The notes below the pieces were generated by a model. That model saw only the letters and a list, made by a program, of their open reading frames with translations, was not told the DNA's origin and did no database searches. 32,000 bases of DNA. Origin: Candidatus Saccharimonadota bacterium (GTDB lineage Bacteria; Patescibacteriota; Microgenomatia; UBA1406; GWC2-37-13). Each line of letters opens with the position of its first letter. Position 1 is the stretch's first letter. Positions 16,254 to 24,662 of this stretch are shown piece by piece. The stretch spans positions 210,001 to 242,000 of the forward strand of contig CP064967.1 in the NCBI GenBank assembly GCA_016699265.1, given 5' to 3'. Both the position numbers and the translations under genes were made by a program.

Positions 16254-16862
16254 ATGTGCGGGCGATTTCAGATCGATACCAATAAAGAGGAGATCGAAAA
16301 ACATTATGGTATGGAGTTGGGGTCCGCATTCAAGTCTCGCTACAACGCTGCTCCCTCTCAAGAAATACCGGTGGTGACCGATGATAAGATCGAGTTTAAG
16401 AAATGGGATCTTCCTTTGAAGTTTGGTGATAAATTTATTCGTAACTTGGCAAATATCCGAGACGATAGTTTAAGGAAGGGGTGGGCAAAGCGATTCTTGG
16501 GTCAGCGATGTTTGGTTCCTTCAACTGGTTACTACGAATGGAAAACTACGGCAGATGGCAAGGTCCCTTACTACTTTGGTCTGAAAAAGCATAGGCTGTT
16601 TTCCTTTGCCGGATTGTACGACGGCGATACCTTTGCTCTAATTACTACCACTGCCTCAAAGCAAACAAGCTCAGTGCATAAAAGGATGCCGGTGATCTTG
16701 TCTGAGTCTGATGAAAAACTCTGGGTGAATGCAGACAATGATTTTGAACAGGTGAAATCTTTGGTTAGTCCATTTGAGGGCGAGCTAGAGATCTATCCGA
16801 TCTCAACCAAGATAAATAATGCGCGACTTGACGTGTCGGATGTTGTTGAGCGAGTGAGCTAG
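16254..16862 (+). CDS. SOS-response-associated peptidase (SRAP / YedK / DUF159)
   Basis: Starts MCGRF (catalytic Cys2), followed by ..YNAAPSQ...GYYEW....KRMPVIL. TGcTATAAT (TG at 16238-16239, TATAAT at 16241-16246) lies 7 nt from the ATG at 16254. The upstream part of the track ORF (16116) is non-coding. Confidence 0.9.
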   Translation: MCGRFQIDTNKEEIEKHYGMELGSAFKSRYNAAPSQEIPVVTDDKIEFKKWDLPLKFGDKFIRNLANIRDDSLRKGWAKRFLGQRCLVPSTGYYEWKTTADGKVPYYFGLKKHRLFSFAGLYDGDTFALITTTASKQTSSVHKRMPVILSESDEKLWVNADNDFEQVKSLVSPFEGELEIYPISTKINNARLDVSDVVERVS

Positions 16863-17164
16863 TTCTGCCTTAACTCTAAGCTGAAACTCAGTAGCTGATC
16901 TGCCTTAATTCCCTCCTTTTTGCGTATAGCGAATTTAAGAGGGAGGATATAGGATCCCGTTTCTTTATCGGGAAAGATGGAGGTTTCCCAGACGGTCTCC
17001 CCTACGGTCACTCTCACGCGTATCGCTCCAAATCCTCGTCGGATTGGGCTTTGATATTTTTTAATGTCGGCAGCATCTTTTTTAGGAAGGGTGACAAAAT
17101 GCCAGCTCGACGGTCCTTGCCACATCCATACTCGGGATTTGCATATATATGTAAGTGGCTTCAT
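16859..17164 (-). CDS. DUF1905-domain protein
   Basis: MKPLTYICKSRVWMWQGPSSWHFVTLPKKDAADIK...IRVRVTVGETVWETSIFP is the typical DUF1905 pattern. The start is taken at the internal Met at 17164. Confidence 0.7.
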   Translation of the reverse strand: MKPLTYICKSRVWMWQGPSSWHFVTLPKKDAADIKKYQSPIRRGFGAIRVRVTVGETVWETSIFPDKETGSYILPLKFAIRKKEGIKADQLLSFSLELRQN

Positions 17165-17215
17165 AGCTCTATTATAGTGATCGAGTGGTAAAATATAGCT
17201 GTAGGAGAGGTCGCA

Positions 17216-17254
17216 CCCCAAAGGGGCCCCGTTGGGGTAGTGGCCCGTTGGGCC
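17216..17254. repeat. GC-rich tandem mini-hairpins (CCCC-AAA-GGGG, CCCC-GTT-GGGG, GGCCC-GTT-GGGCC)
   Basis: Read directly from the sequence. It is an isolated GC-rich block in an AT-rich divergent intergenic region upstream of the GIY-YIG gene. Confidence 0.5.
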
Positions 17255-17263
17255 GGCCGAGAT

Positions 17264-17530
17264 ATGTTTTATCTTTATTTTTTGCAGAGTGAAGTAAGTA
17301 AAAAATATTATATCGGAGTAGCTTCCAATGTTCTAATAAGACTTGGTGAGCATAATAAGGGTGGCACTAAATCAACAAAACCATACCGTCCTTGGAAAAT
17401 AGTATATATAGAGAAGTATTTAACGAAGCAAGAAGCGATGAAGCGTGAATGGCATTTAAAACATCCCAAGGGATTTCTGGATAAAAAATCTATAATAAGT
17501 AAGTTGAAAGCTAATGGAGAGGTCGCATAG
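17264..17530 (+). CDS. GIY-YIG nuclease-family small protein (UPF0213-like)
   Basis: MFYLYFLQSEVSKKYYIGVASNVLIRLGEHN carries the GIY...YIG motifs. The stop TAG at 17528-17530 lies inside tRNA-Ser. Confidence 0.8.
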   Translation: MFYLYFLQSEVSKKYYIGVASNVLIRLGEHNKGGTKSTKPYRPWKIVYIEKYLTKQEAMKREWHLKHPKGFLDKKSIISKLKANGEVA

Positions 17531-17603
17531 TGGCCGAGTGCGCACGCTTGGAAAGCGTGTAAGGGTAACACCTTCGCGGGTTCGAATCCCGCTCTCTCCG
17601 CCA
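17516..17603 (+). tRNA. tRNA-Ser (anticodon GGA), type II long variable arm, CCA encoded
   Basis: GGAGAGG acceptor stem, anticodon stem CACGC/GCGTG with loop TTGGAAA, variable arm, T-arm GCGGG-TTCGAAT-CCCGC, 3' TCTCTCC-G-CCA. Confidence 0.95.
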
Positions 17604-17768
17604 TCCTTCGCCAAGGCTTCGGATGGCAAGCCTAAGTGAATGATGTATTGTTGACGGAGCGCACTAAAACCCAACTTTTGTAACTATATCCAAAATTACT
17701 AAAGCGTTTGATGCTGCTGTATAGTAAGTAATACGCGAATTTAAATATGAATTTATACTAAAAATAGT

Positions 17769-18728
17769 ATGAACGATACAATGCAAAAAAATAAATTAGG
17801 CAATAGTGACTTGAAGGTTTCCCAATTAGGCTTAGGTTGTATGGGGATGAGTGAATTTTATGGCAGTCATGACGATAACGACTCAATAAAAACAATTCAT
17901 TACGCTTTGGAAAACGGTATCAACTTTTTTGATACTGCCGATATGTATGGTTTGGGGGCTAATGAGATGTTGTTGGGAAAGGCTTTGCAGGACAGAAGGG
18001 ATAAAGCGGTTATAGCTACTAAGTTTGGCGTTTTAAGAGGAGATGATGGTTCTTTTCCCGGCCTTAATGGAAAACCTGAATACGTAAAACTCGCTTGTGA
18101 AAAAAGCCTTCAGAGATTAAAAGTTGATCAAATAGATCTTTACTATCTGCATAGAGTTGACCCAAACACTCCAATAGAAGATACGGTCGGCGCTATGTCT
18201 GAATTAGTAAAAGAGGGGAAAGTTAGATATATCGGGTTATCAGAAGCCTCTGAAGAAATCATAAGAAAAGCTCACAAAGTACACCCAATCACCGCTGTAC
18301 AAACAGAATACTCTTTATGGAGTAATGATTTGGGAGCAGTTTTCACTGTTTGTAGAGAGCTTAACATCGCCTTAATAGCGTATAGTCCATTAGGAAGAGG
18401 TTTTCTCTCTGGAAAGTATAAATCCCGGGATGATTTTGAAAAAGGCGATTTCCGAAGAGACAACCCAAGATTTAGTGATGAAAACATTGCTAAGAATCTA
18501 GAAATTGTGGCTAAAGTAGAAGATATTGCCAAATCAAAATCTGCAACTCCGGCACAAGTAGCGTTAGCGTGGGTAATGTCTAAAGGAACTGATGTGTTTC
18601 CTCTCACTGGCACAAAGACGATTAAAAACCTAAATGAAAACATAGAATCAACTAATATAAAACTTAAAAAAGATGAAATTGAACAATTAGATAATCTCCA
18701 AAGTTTAGTTTCAGGTTCTAGATATTAG
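17769..18728 (+). CDS. Aldo/keto reductase
   Basis: LGLGCMGMSEFYG, FFDTADMYG, LYYLHRVD and GLSEAS motifs; 319 aa. Confidence 0.9.
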   Translation: MNDTMQKNKLGNSDLKVSQLGLGCMGMSEFYGSHDDNDSIKTIHYALENGINFFDTADMYGLGANEMLLGKALQDRRDKAVIATKFGVLRGDDGSFPGLNGKPEYVKLACEKSLQRLKVDQIDLYYLHRVDPNTPIEDTVGAMSELVKEGKVRYIGLSEASEEIIRKAHKVHPITAVQTEYSLWSNDLGAVFTVCRELNIALIAYSPLGRGFLSGKYKSRDDFEKGDFRRDNPRFSDENIAKNLEIVAKVEDIAKSKSATPAQVALAWVMSKGTDVFPLTGTKTIKNLNENIESTNIKLKKDEIEQLDNLQSLVSGSRY

Positions 18729-18820
18729 TACTCGTGGTATATTTTCCTACAGGAATGAGAAAATATTATAAGGACGGTTGGGTTCCGGACCCACATGCTC
18801 CGAAGGTATAATACTTTGAG

Positions 18821-19153
18821 ATGAGTACCGATAAGCAGACCATATCCTACATATTAGAGCTACTTCATAATGACCATCGGTTTTCTGCCCGAGCGATGTT
18901 TGGCGAGTATGCGCTCTATGCTGACGGGAAGGTAGTGGGCCTTATCTGCGACGATACGCTCTATGTAAAGATCGTACCTGCAAGTAGCGCGCTTGAGCAG
19001 GTTTGTGAGAAAGGGTCTCCATATCCGGGCGCAAAACCACATTACGTCCTATCGGAGGAACAACTCAGTTCCCTTTCTCAACTTCCTCAAATTCTGTTTT
19101 CTATTGCCAAGTCACTTCCTGAAAAGAAAAAGAAGCTAAAAGCAAACAAATAA
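18821..19153 (+). CDS. TfoX/Sxy N-terminal-domain protein
   Basis: RAMFGEYALYADGKVVGLICDDTLYVK is the typical TfoX_N pattern. TATAAT at 18807-18812 lies 8 nt from the ATG. Confidence 0.7.
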   Translation: MSTDKQTISYILELLHNDHRFSARAMFGEYALYADGKVVGLICDDTLYVKIVPASSALEQVCEKGSPYPGAKPHYVLSEEQLSSLSQLPQILFSIAKSLPEKKKKLKANK

Positions 19154-19196
19154 AATACTGTTGTTTTTTTATTTACTCTACCTTTATACTCTCACT

Positions 19197-19616
19197 ATGG
19201 AAGTAAATTACGTGGCAGTGTTGGTTGCAACAGTGCTTCAGTTTGTGGCTGGTGCTGTTTGGTACTCTGCGCTCTTTGGAAAACTCTGGGCAAAGATGCA
19301 TGGTTTTGACAAACTTTCAAAAGAAGTTCAGCAGAAAATGATGAAGTCGATGGGACCGATGTATGCGGTGCAGTTTCTGACCACGCTCCTCACGTCCTAT
19401 GTACTTGGACTTTTTGTGGTCTCACTTCCTTCAGAGTGGCATGCATTTGGCGCAGCTGGTTTCTTTTGGTTAGGATTCGTGCTTCCGACCGTAATCGGCA
19501 CCGTTATATGGGGTGGCACTGAACCAAAATGGATTGTGAAGAAGATTGCTGTTCAGGCAGGAGCTTTACTGGTCTGCTACATGATTGCCGCTGCGGTTTT
19601 TTACTTCATGAGCTAA
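19197..19616 (+). CDS. DUF1761-family membrane protein
   Basis: MEVNYVAVLVATVLQFVAGAVWYSALFGKLW is the typical DUF1761 N-terminus. Four hydrophobic segments. The start is taken at the internal Met. Confidence 0.7.
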   Translation: MEVNYVAVLVATVLQFVAGAVWYSALFGKLWAKMHGFDKLSKEVQQKMMKSMGPMYAVQFLTTLLTSYVLGLFVVSLPSEWHAFGAAGFFWLGFVLPTVIGTVIWGGTEPKWIVKKIAVQAGALLVCYMIAAAVFYFMS

Positions 19617-19620
19617 GAGC

Positions 19621-20673
19621 TCAGTTCTTCAGATATTTATCAAAAAACTCCACAGAGCGTTGCATGGCGGTGTTGAAGTTGGCCGTGATGTTATGATCGT
19701 CACCTTCATAAAGATATATCTCATGTTCTTTTCCCGCCGCTTTAAGCTCTTTGGCATACTCTTCGCTTAGCCGGTAGGTTACGGTTTCGTCCCCTCTTGT
19801 GTGATGTATTTGGATCGGAGTCTTCAAAAACTGGAGATGCTTTGCGGGATCTATTTCCTTCCAGTATTCAGGGTTAGATTGAGGTGTACCATGGAGCTCG
19901 GTAAACCTAGTTCTGCTCATACGCCACTGTTGTTGCTGCTGTACCGTCGCTTCATTGGTATTTCTTCTTCGGTTAAACCAAAGTTCGTACATATCGTCGT
20001 ATGTTCCGACCACGCCACCCCAAATGACAGCTGCTTTTATGTCTCCACTGACAACAACGGCTCGTTGTGTAATGTTCCCGCCTAGTGAGTGCCCCCACAT
20101 ACCAATTTTGTTTGGATCCGCGTCTTTATACTGTTTGATACTGCCCAAAGCATTGAGAACGTCAACGGTGTATGCTGGAGAAAAGTAGGCTCCCTCTGGA
20201 TTGCCTTCTGAGCTTCCATGTCCTCGATAGTCTGGTTTGAATACTATGTATCCTTGGTTTGCGAAACCGTTTACGTATGCAGTGTAACGTTCATTGGTGC
20301 GATACTGAGCAGGCGGAATATATCCGTGGTTGAAGATAATTACAGGCCATCCAGTTGCGGGCTTTTCGCCTGTTGGAACAGTGAGAAGTGCATTAATTTT
20401 AAGTCCTTCGGATTTGTAGGAAGCTATGTACTCGGTATGAGCGCCTGAGACGCCAAGATTCTGTTCGATTACTATTTGAGAACCGAGATACTTCACGCTT
20501 CTCATGCGGTCTATTGAGAGAGGCTCCGTACTGATTGAGCCTCCTTTATTTTCTCCAATCATGTCGGGAGAAAGAGACGCTGAATTTAGAGTAGGGGTAT
20601 TAAACAGTCTGAATAGGAAGTAGGAAGCGACCAAAACAGAAGCAATAAATATTAGTCGAATAAATACCTTCAT
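19621..20673 (-). CDS. Membrane-anchored alpha/beta hydrolase (S9 prolyl-oligopeptidase / dienelactone-hydrolase-like)
   Basis: N-terminal TM, nucleophile elbow GHSLGG, late GDE and DDHNI motifs. Confidence 0.85.
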   Translation of the reverse strand: MKVFIRLIFIASVLVASYFLFRLFNTPTLNSASLSPDMIGENKGGSISTEPLSIDRMRSVKYLGSQIVIEQNLGVSGAHTEYIASYKSEGLKINALLTVPTGEKPATGWPVIIFNHGYIPPAQYRTNERYTAYVNGFANQGYIVFKPDYRGHGSSEGNPEGAYFSPAYTVDVLNALGSIKQYKDADPNKIGMWGHSLGGNITQRAVVVSGDIKAAVIWGGVVGTYDDMYELWFNRRRNTNEATVQQQQQWRMSRTRFTELHGTPQSNPEYWKEIDPAKHLQFLKTPIQIHHTRGDETVTYRLSEEYAKELKAAGKEHEIYLYEGDDHNITANFNTAMQRSVEFFDKYLKN

Positions 20674-20677
20674 GTTG

Positions 20678-20761
20678 TGGGCGAGAGAGGACTCGAACCT
20701 CCACGCTTTTTACGGCACAGGTTCCTAAAACCTGCGTGTATACCAGTTTCACCACTCGCCC
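20678..20761 (-). tRNA. tRNA-Leu (anticodon TAG), type II, CCA not encoded
   Basis: Minus strand reads GGGCGAG-TG-GTG..CAC-G-CAGGT-TTTAGGA-ACCTG-variable arm-GGAGG-TTCGAGT-CCTCT-CTCGCCC-A. CAAC-ATG of the next gene follows the discriminator. Confidence 0.93.
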
Positions 20762-20872
20762 TAGGTCTTAGAGCTCGAAGCGTTAACCTGGAGCTTAAGA
20801 CCTACTTCTATTATACCACTTGTTTCTAGAGCGTTATTACGCTCTAAAGGATTTTTGACCTTGTCTGAAAAA

Positions 20873-20941
20873 TTAGCAGACAGCACGATGGACTGCTAGC
20901 GCTATCTAGTGATAGCTATGGAGTGTCAGAACAACCTAAAA
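20873..20941 (+). repeat. Conserved ~68-nt intergenic element, copy 3 of 3
   Basis: Sequence tTAGCAGAC-N11-CTGCTAGCGCTATCtagtGATAGCTatGGAGTGTCAGAACAACCTAAAA. Confidence 0.8.
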
Positions 20942-20965
20942 GGAGTTTTAATCTCACTTTAAACC

Positions 20966-22126
20966 CTATTTATTTACAAATAAAATCCCGAAGGGTGTGC
21001 TCCTACCCGGACCCACTATATAGCGGCCTCCGCTCCATAACGCGGTCGACCCTCCGCTGTCTAAGTTAAGTGCATACTCAAGTCCCATCGCCTTCAGCAC
21101 GCGTGCAACCTCAGCAACGTTCGCGTTGTGAACAACGCCGATATAGGCGGTGCTCCCTTTTGTTCCGATAAAGCTTCGAGATCCTTTTCCGGCGCGCTTG
21201 ACCTCATCGTCTCCACCATAGATCACATTTCCTCCAGACAAAAGCATAGGCTGACTGGCAATGACCGAGTCGACTCCGGTGTCTCTCCCCCACTCCAAAG
21301 ACTGCCCCACAAAACGCCCAGAACTACCTGAAAAGATGACTGCGGGGACAGTGCTGTAGACGTTATTGTCCGAGTTAAAATAGGTTTTGTTCTTGTTCAT
21401 AAGAAGCGTGTCAAATGAGTTCGTTTTGCCAGCACAACCTGGGTAACTGGCGGGACAAAAGTACGGTCCGTTAATGCCAGCAAAGGCGCCACTACGGGCA
21501 GCGAAGTTACCAAGGGCATCAACCGGACAGTCGTTGCCACAGCTGCCGTCCGACGCCGTGTCGACAACTACACGTGTGCTGTTGAGGTCCGCAGCGACGA
21601 TATCGACCAGAAAGGATCCTACCTCGCTGTTGACGCTCTGTCTTGAGTACCCAGCGCCCGGTGGCGTATTGTTTGCCGGTACGTTTGCTGGAATGACAAA
21701 GGCGGCGGCAATCTCAGCGTTTTTCTTATCAATGTTCTTTTGGAGTGCAACAAGTTTACCGGAGGCCGAACTATAGTCTCTGTCGGACAATGACCTTAGG
21801 ATGCCTGCGAGATCTTTTTCGAGCTCTGGAATCTTTATGTTTTGATCGCGGAGTTTAAGAAGGTTCTCATAGGTTGAGACGGTGTCCTTATAGGTTTTTT
21901 GAATATTTTTTATCTCTTCTTCAAGGGTATCGTTTCGTACTCGCTGGTCCTCCTTTTTCAGTTTGTCGTAGTCTGACTGGATTTTTTTGATGTTTGAAGA
22001 AAGACGATTTTCAGAGTCGGCTCGACTCCGAATCTGTAGATACATTGTGAAACCAAATATAGAAACCAAAGCCACGATCGACAGAAAAAGATACCGAGCT
22101 ACATGCTTAACTACGCGAACCTTCAT
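20966..22126 (-). CDS. Phosphodiester glycosidase family (DUF2233/NAGPA-like) protein with N-terminal TM and coiled coil
   Basis: GINGPYF..., ..ALNLDSGGSTALW.. motifs. The start is taken at MKVRVVKHVARYLFLSIVALV. Confidence 0.8.
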   Translation of the reverse strand: MKVRVVKHVARYLFLSIVALVSIFGFTMYLQIRSRADSENRLSSNIKKIQSDYDKLKKEDQRVRNDTLEEEIKNIQKTYKDTVSTYENLLKLRDQNIKIPELEKDLAGILRSLSDRDYSSASGKLVALQKNIDKKNAEIAAAFVIPANVPANNTPPGAGYSRQSVNSEVGSFLVDIVAADLNSTRVVVDTASDGSCGNDCPVDALGNFAARSGAFAGINGPYFCPASYPGCAGKTNSFDTLLMNKNKTYFNSDNNVYSTVPAVIFSGSSGRFVGQSLEWGRDTGVDSVIASQPMLLSGGNVIYGGDDEVKRAGKGSRSFIGTKGSTAYIGVVHNANVAEVARVLKAMGLEYALNLDSGGSTALWSGGRYIVGPGRSTPFGILFVNK

Positions 22127-22198
22127 ATATGTATATCTACAGTGTAGCAATTCGAAGCTTCCTATGGGCACTTTAATTTTTTAAATAATTAAAGTGAG

Positions 22199-22990
22199 TT
22201 AGCTGCTTGCACTGGTGTAGAAGCGGAGTGCGAACTTCCAGAATAGACGTGAAAGGACAAACATAGCAAATGTTAGTAATATGAGTTCGCCAAAATCATA
22301 TAAACTCGCCTTTCCCAACAATAGTTTGGCAGGGGTACTCATAATTAACACAAAAGGTGAAATCATTACGAAACCAAACTCTCCGAGCTGTCGAAAAGTT
22401 TCCCGAGGGTAGCGTCCGAGTGAGCGAAGCGTGTAAAAGAGTTCATTAATGTTGTCTAGCTTCGGCGCCCAGATCACTAAGGTGTTCAACATAAAAAGAA
22501 GTGAGTATAGAAGAAAAATTGCAAACAAAGCTCCAACAATAAAAAGAGCGATTCCTGTAAGGGTGACTGGAATTTTATAGATGGTAATTATCCAAGAAGC
22601 CAGCACAGTGCCAAGCAAAGTTCTTACCATACTGTTTATGCTTGCTGTATGAAGCGAGACATAAAACTGTGAATCGATCGGTCTAAGTAAAAATAAATCG
22701 AACTTACCCCTATCTATTAAGTCAGAAAATTGACTAAATCCACGAGCGAAAAACGTACTGAATACACCTATTACTATGTTGTAGATGCAGGAGATCAACA
22801 AAAGCTCGCCGGTCTTCCAACCAAATGCAGAATTAACCCTAAGAGTCACAAGATACATTGAAAAAACATTAAAGAAGGCCCAGATTCCTGAGGAAAAGAT
22901 AGTATTTAAAAATGCATCTAATCTGAATGCCAGAAAATTATTGAAGCTGATCTTAAAGATGGCGCTGTAAAATTTTAGGTAACGATTCAT
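22199..22990 (-). CDS. ABC-2-type transporter permease (second permease)
   Basis: 263 aa with six hydrophobic segments. The N-terminus MNRYLKFYSAIFKISF is typical of this permease family, and the gene sits in an operon with an ABC ATPase. Confidence 0.8.
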   Translation of the reverse strand: MNRYLKFYSAIFKISFNNFLAFRLDAFLNTIFSSGIWAFFNVFSMYLVTLRVNSAFGWKTGELLLISCIYNIVIGVFSTFFARGFSQFSDLIDRGKFDLFLLRPIDSQFYVSLHTASINSMVRTLLGTVLASWIITIYKIPVTLTGIALFIVGALFAIFLLYSLLFMLNTLVIWAPKLDNINELFYTLRSLGRYPRETFRQLGEFGFVMISPFVLIMSTPAKLLLGKASLYDFGELILLTFAMFVLSRLFWKFALRFYTSASS

Positions 22991-22996
22991 AGCCGA

Positions 22997-23725
22997 TTAT
23001 TGTCCTATCCCAGAAAACTTTCTTAATCCTTGTTTCCACATAACCTTATATATAACCGTAAAACCTAGTATCCAACCAAACTGAATAAGTATGATGTGGA
23101 GAAGTTCGCTCGTATTGTAGAGTCCAATGAAGGCTGTTATAGGATAGTAGAGTATGTAAGGAAATGGTGTAGCCTTCGCAATATAGAACATCCATGTAGG
23201 AAATAAATTAATCGGGATAATCAGGCCGCTTAACGCAAATATCAGCACGTCGTTGGTCTCAAGAATACTATCTATGTTCGTCATCCAGAAAGCCGTTAGT
23301 CCCAAGATCATTTTAAACATAAACGATATTGCGAACGCGTTAAGTGCGACAAGTAACGATAGAGTGATTATGACCGGAACATTACTCAGCTCAATAGGAA
23401 TCTTCAGGAAGACTGCAAGTAGGGTCACAGTTATAAGAGCGTATGACATCTGAAGAATTCTCCATGGAGACTCAGAGATTGATCTTATCAGTAGGTATGG
23501 AAATGGCCTGAGAAGTTCACGGATCAGCTCCCCCTGCTTAATATCGATATACGCTACATAAAGCTCTACATGATTCATAAGTCCCGCCTGCGCGATTATG
23601 AGTAGTAGGTAGTATGTTCTAATACTGTTTATATTCCATCCATGCAGAGTTTGGTCGGCCGAAAGTACCCCTTGCCAAAATAGAAGTAGAACTAGAGGAT
23701 TGATAAAGGCAATGAGAAACCACAA
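22997..23725 (-). CDS. ABC-2-type transporter permease (first permease); the true N-terminus is probably near 23795
   Basis: The track ORF starts at a TTG inside TM1. The 23 codons upstream in the same frame (RRFLRIFSLYFQHVFQHRARNFL) match the paralogue's N-terminus but contain no start codon. Confidence 0.7.
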   Translation of the reverse strand: MWFLIAFINPLVLLLFWQGVLSADQTLHGWNINSIRTYYLLLIIAQAGLMNHVELYVAYIDIKQGELIRELLRPFPYLLIRSISESPWRILQMSYALITVTLLAVFLKIPIELSNVPVIITLSLLVALNAFAISFMFKMILGLTAFWMTNIDSILETNDVLIFALSGLIIPINLFPTWMFYIAKATPFPYILYYPITAFIGLYNTSELLHIILIQFGWILGFTVIYKVMWKQGLRKFSGIGQ

Positions 23726-23791
23726 GAAGTTTCGAGCTCTGTGTTGGAAAACGTGCTGAAAGTAAAGAGAGAAGATACGAAGAAACCGTCT

Positions 23792-24607
23792 TCATACCTT
23801 TTTCTGTTTGTGCTGAAAGAAGCGCCTGATAACATCATCTACATCCCGATCATTCTTTTTCGCGTACTCGGTCATCAGTCTATCGAGATCGCCGTCATAG
23901 ATAATCTCACCGTAGTTAATTACTACAACTCGTTTGCATAGGTGCTTAACATCTCGCATATAGTGACTTGTGAGAAGTATTGTCGCCTTATATTTGAGGT
24001 TGTAGTCTTTGATAAAGTCTCGTAGTTTCTCCTGCACTACAACATCTAGTCCTATGGTTGGCTCGTCTAGAAACAGAATCTTTGGACGGTGAAGCAGTGC
24101 GGCCATGAGTTCGCACTTCATCCGCTGACCGAGAGACAATTTACGCACCTGAACATGCATTATTTCCTTAACATCCAAAAGTTCCGATAACTCCTCGACT
24201 CTCTCCTTAAAGTCAGTGTCGGAGATTTCATAGATCTCCTTATTTAGCAAAAAGGTGTCCATCGCGGGAAGATCCCACCAGAGTTGATTCTTTTGTCCCA
24301 TAACTAGCGAGATTTGTTTGAGAAAATCCTTCTTGCGATCGAAAGGAGTTTGATCTAAGACGGAGACCGATCCGCTCGAAGGGTAAAGAAGTCCTGAGAG
24401 CATTTTCAGGGTTGTGGTCTTCCCTGCTCCGTTTGGTCCTATAAACCCGATGAGCTCCCCCTCCTCAATTGTAAATGAAACGTCATTTACCGCCATCTTA
24501 TCCTCATACTTACGCGAGAAGAGAGACTTCAACGCTCCGCTTAGACCCGGTTCCTTTTTATATATCTTGAAGGACTTAGAAAGATTTTTTACGTCAATGA
24601 TTGGCAT
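23792..24607 (-). CDS. ABC transporter ATP-binding protein
   Basis: Walker A GPNGAGKTT, signature LSLGQRMK, Walker B ILFLDEPT. Confidence 0.93.
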   Translation of the reverse strand: MPIIDVKNLSKSFKIYKKEPGLSGALKSLFSRKYEDKMAVNDVSFTIEEGELIGFIGPNGAGKTTTLKMLSGLLYPSSGSVSVLDQTPFDRKKDFLKQISLVMGQKNQLWWDLPAMDTFLLNKEIYEISDTDFKERVEELSELLDVKEIMHVQVRKLSLGQRMKCELMAALLHRPKILFLDEPTIGLDVVVQEKLRDFIKDYNLKYKATILLTSHYMRDVKHLCKRVVVINYGEIIYDGDLDRLMTEYAKKNDRDVDDVIRRFFQHKQKKV

Positions 24608-24662
24608 ACTGTTATTTTAGCAGATCATTGCATTTTGAACGAACGTCGCTTAATATGAAATT

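Noticed and set aside
20827-20846. A perfect 8-bp hairpin TAGAGCGT-TATT-ACGCTCTA followed by aaggattttt, lying between tRNA-Leu and element copy 3
   Set aside because: It is terminator-like only on the + strand, where no gene precedes it. It may belong to the tRNA promoter region or to the element's context. There is too little information to call it.
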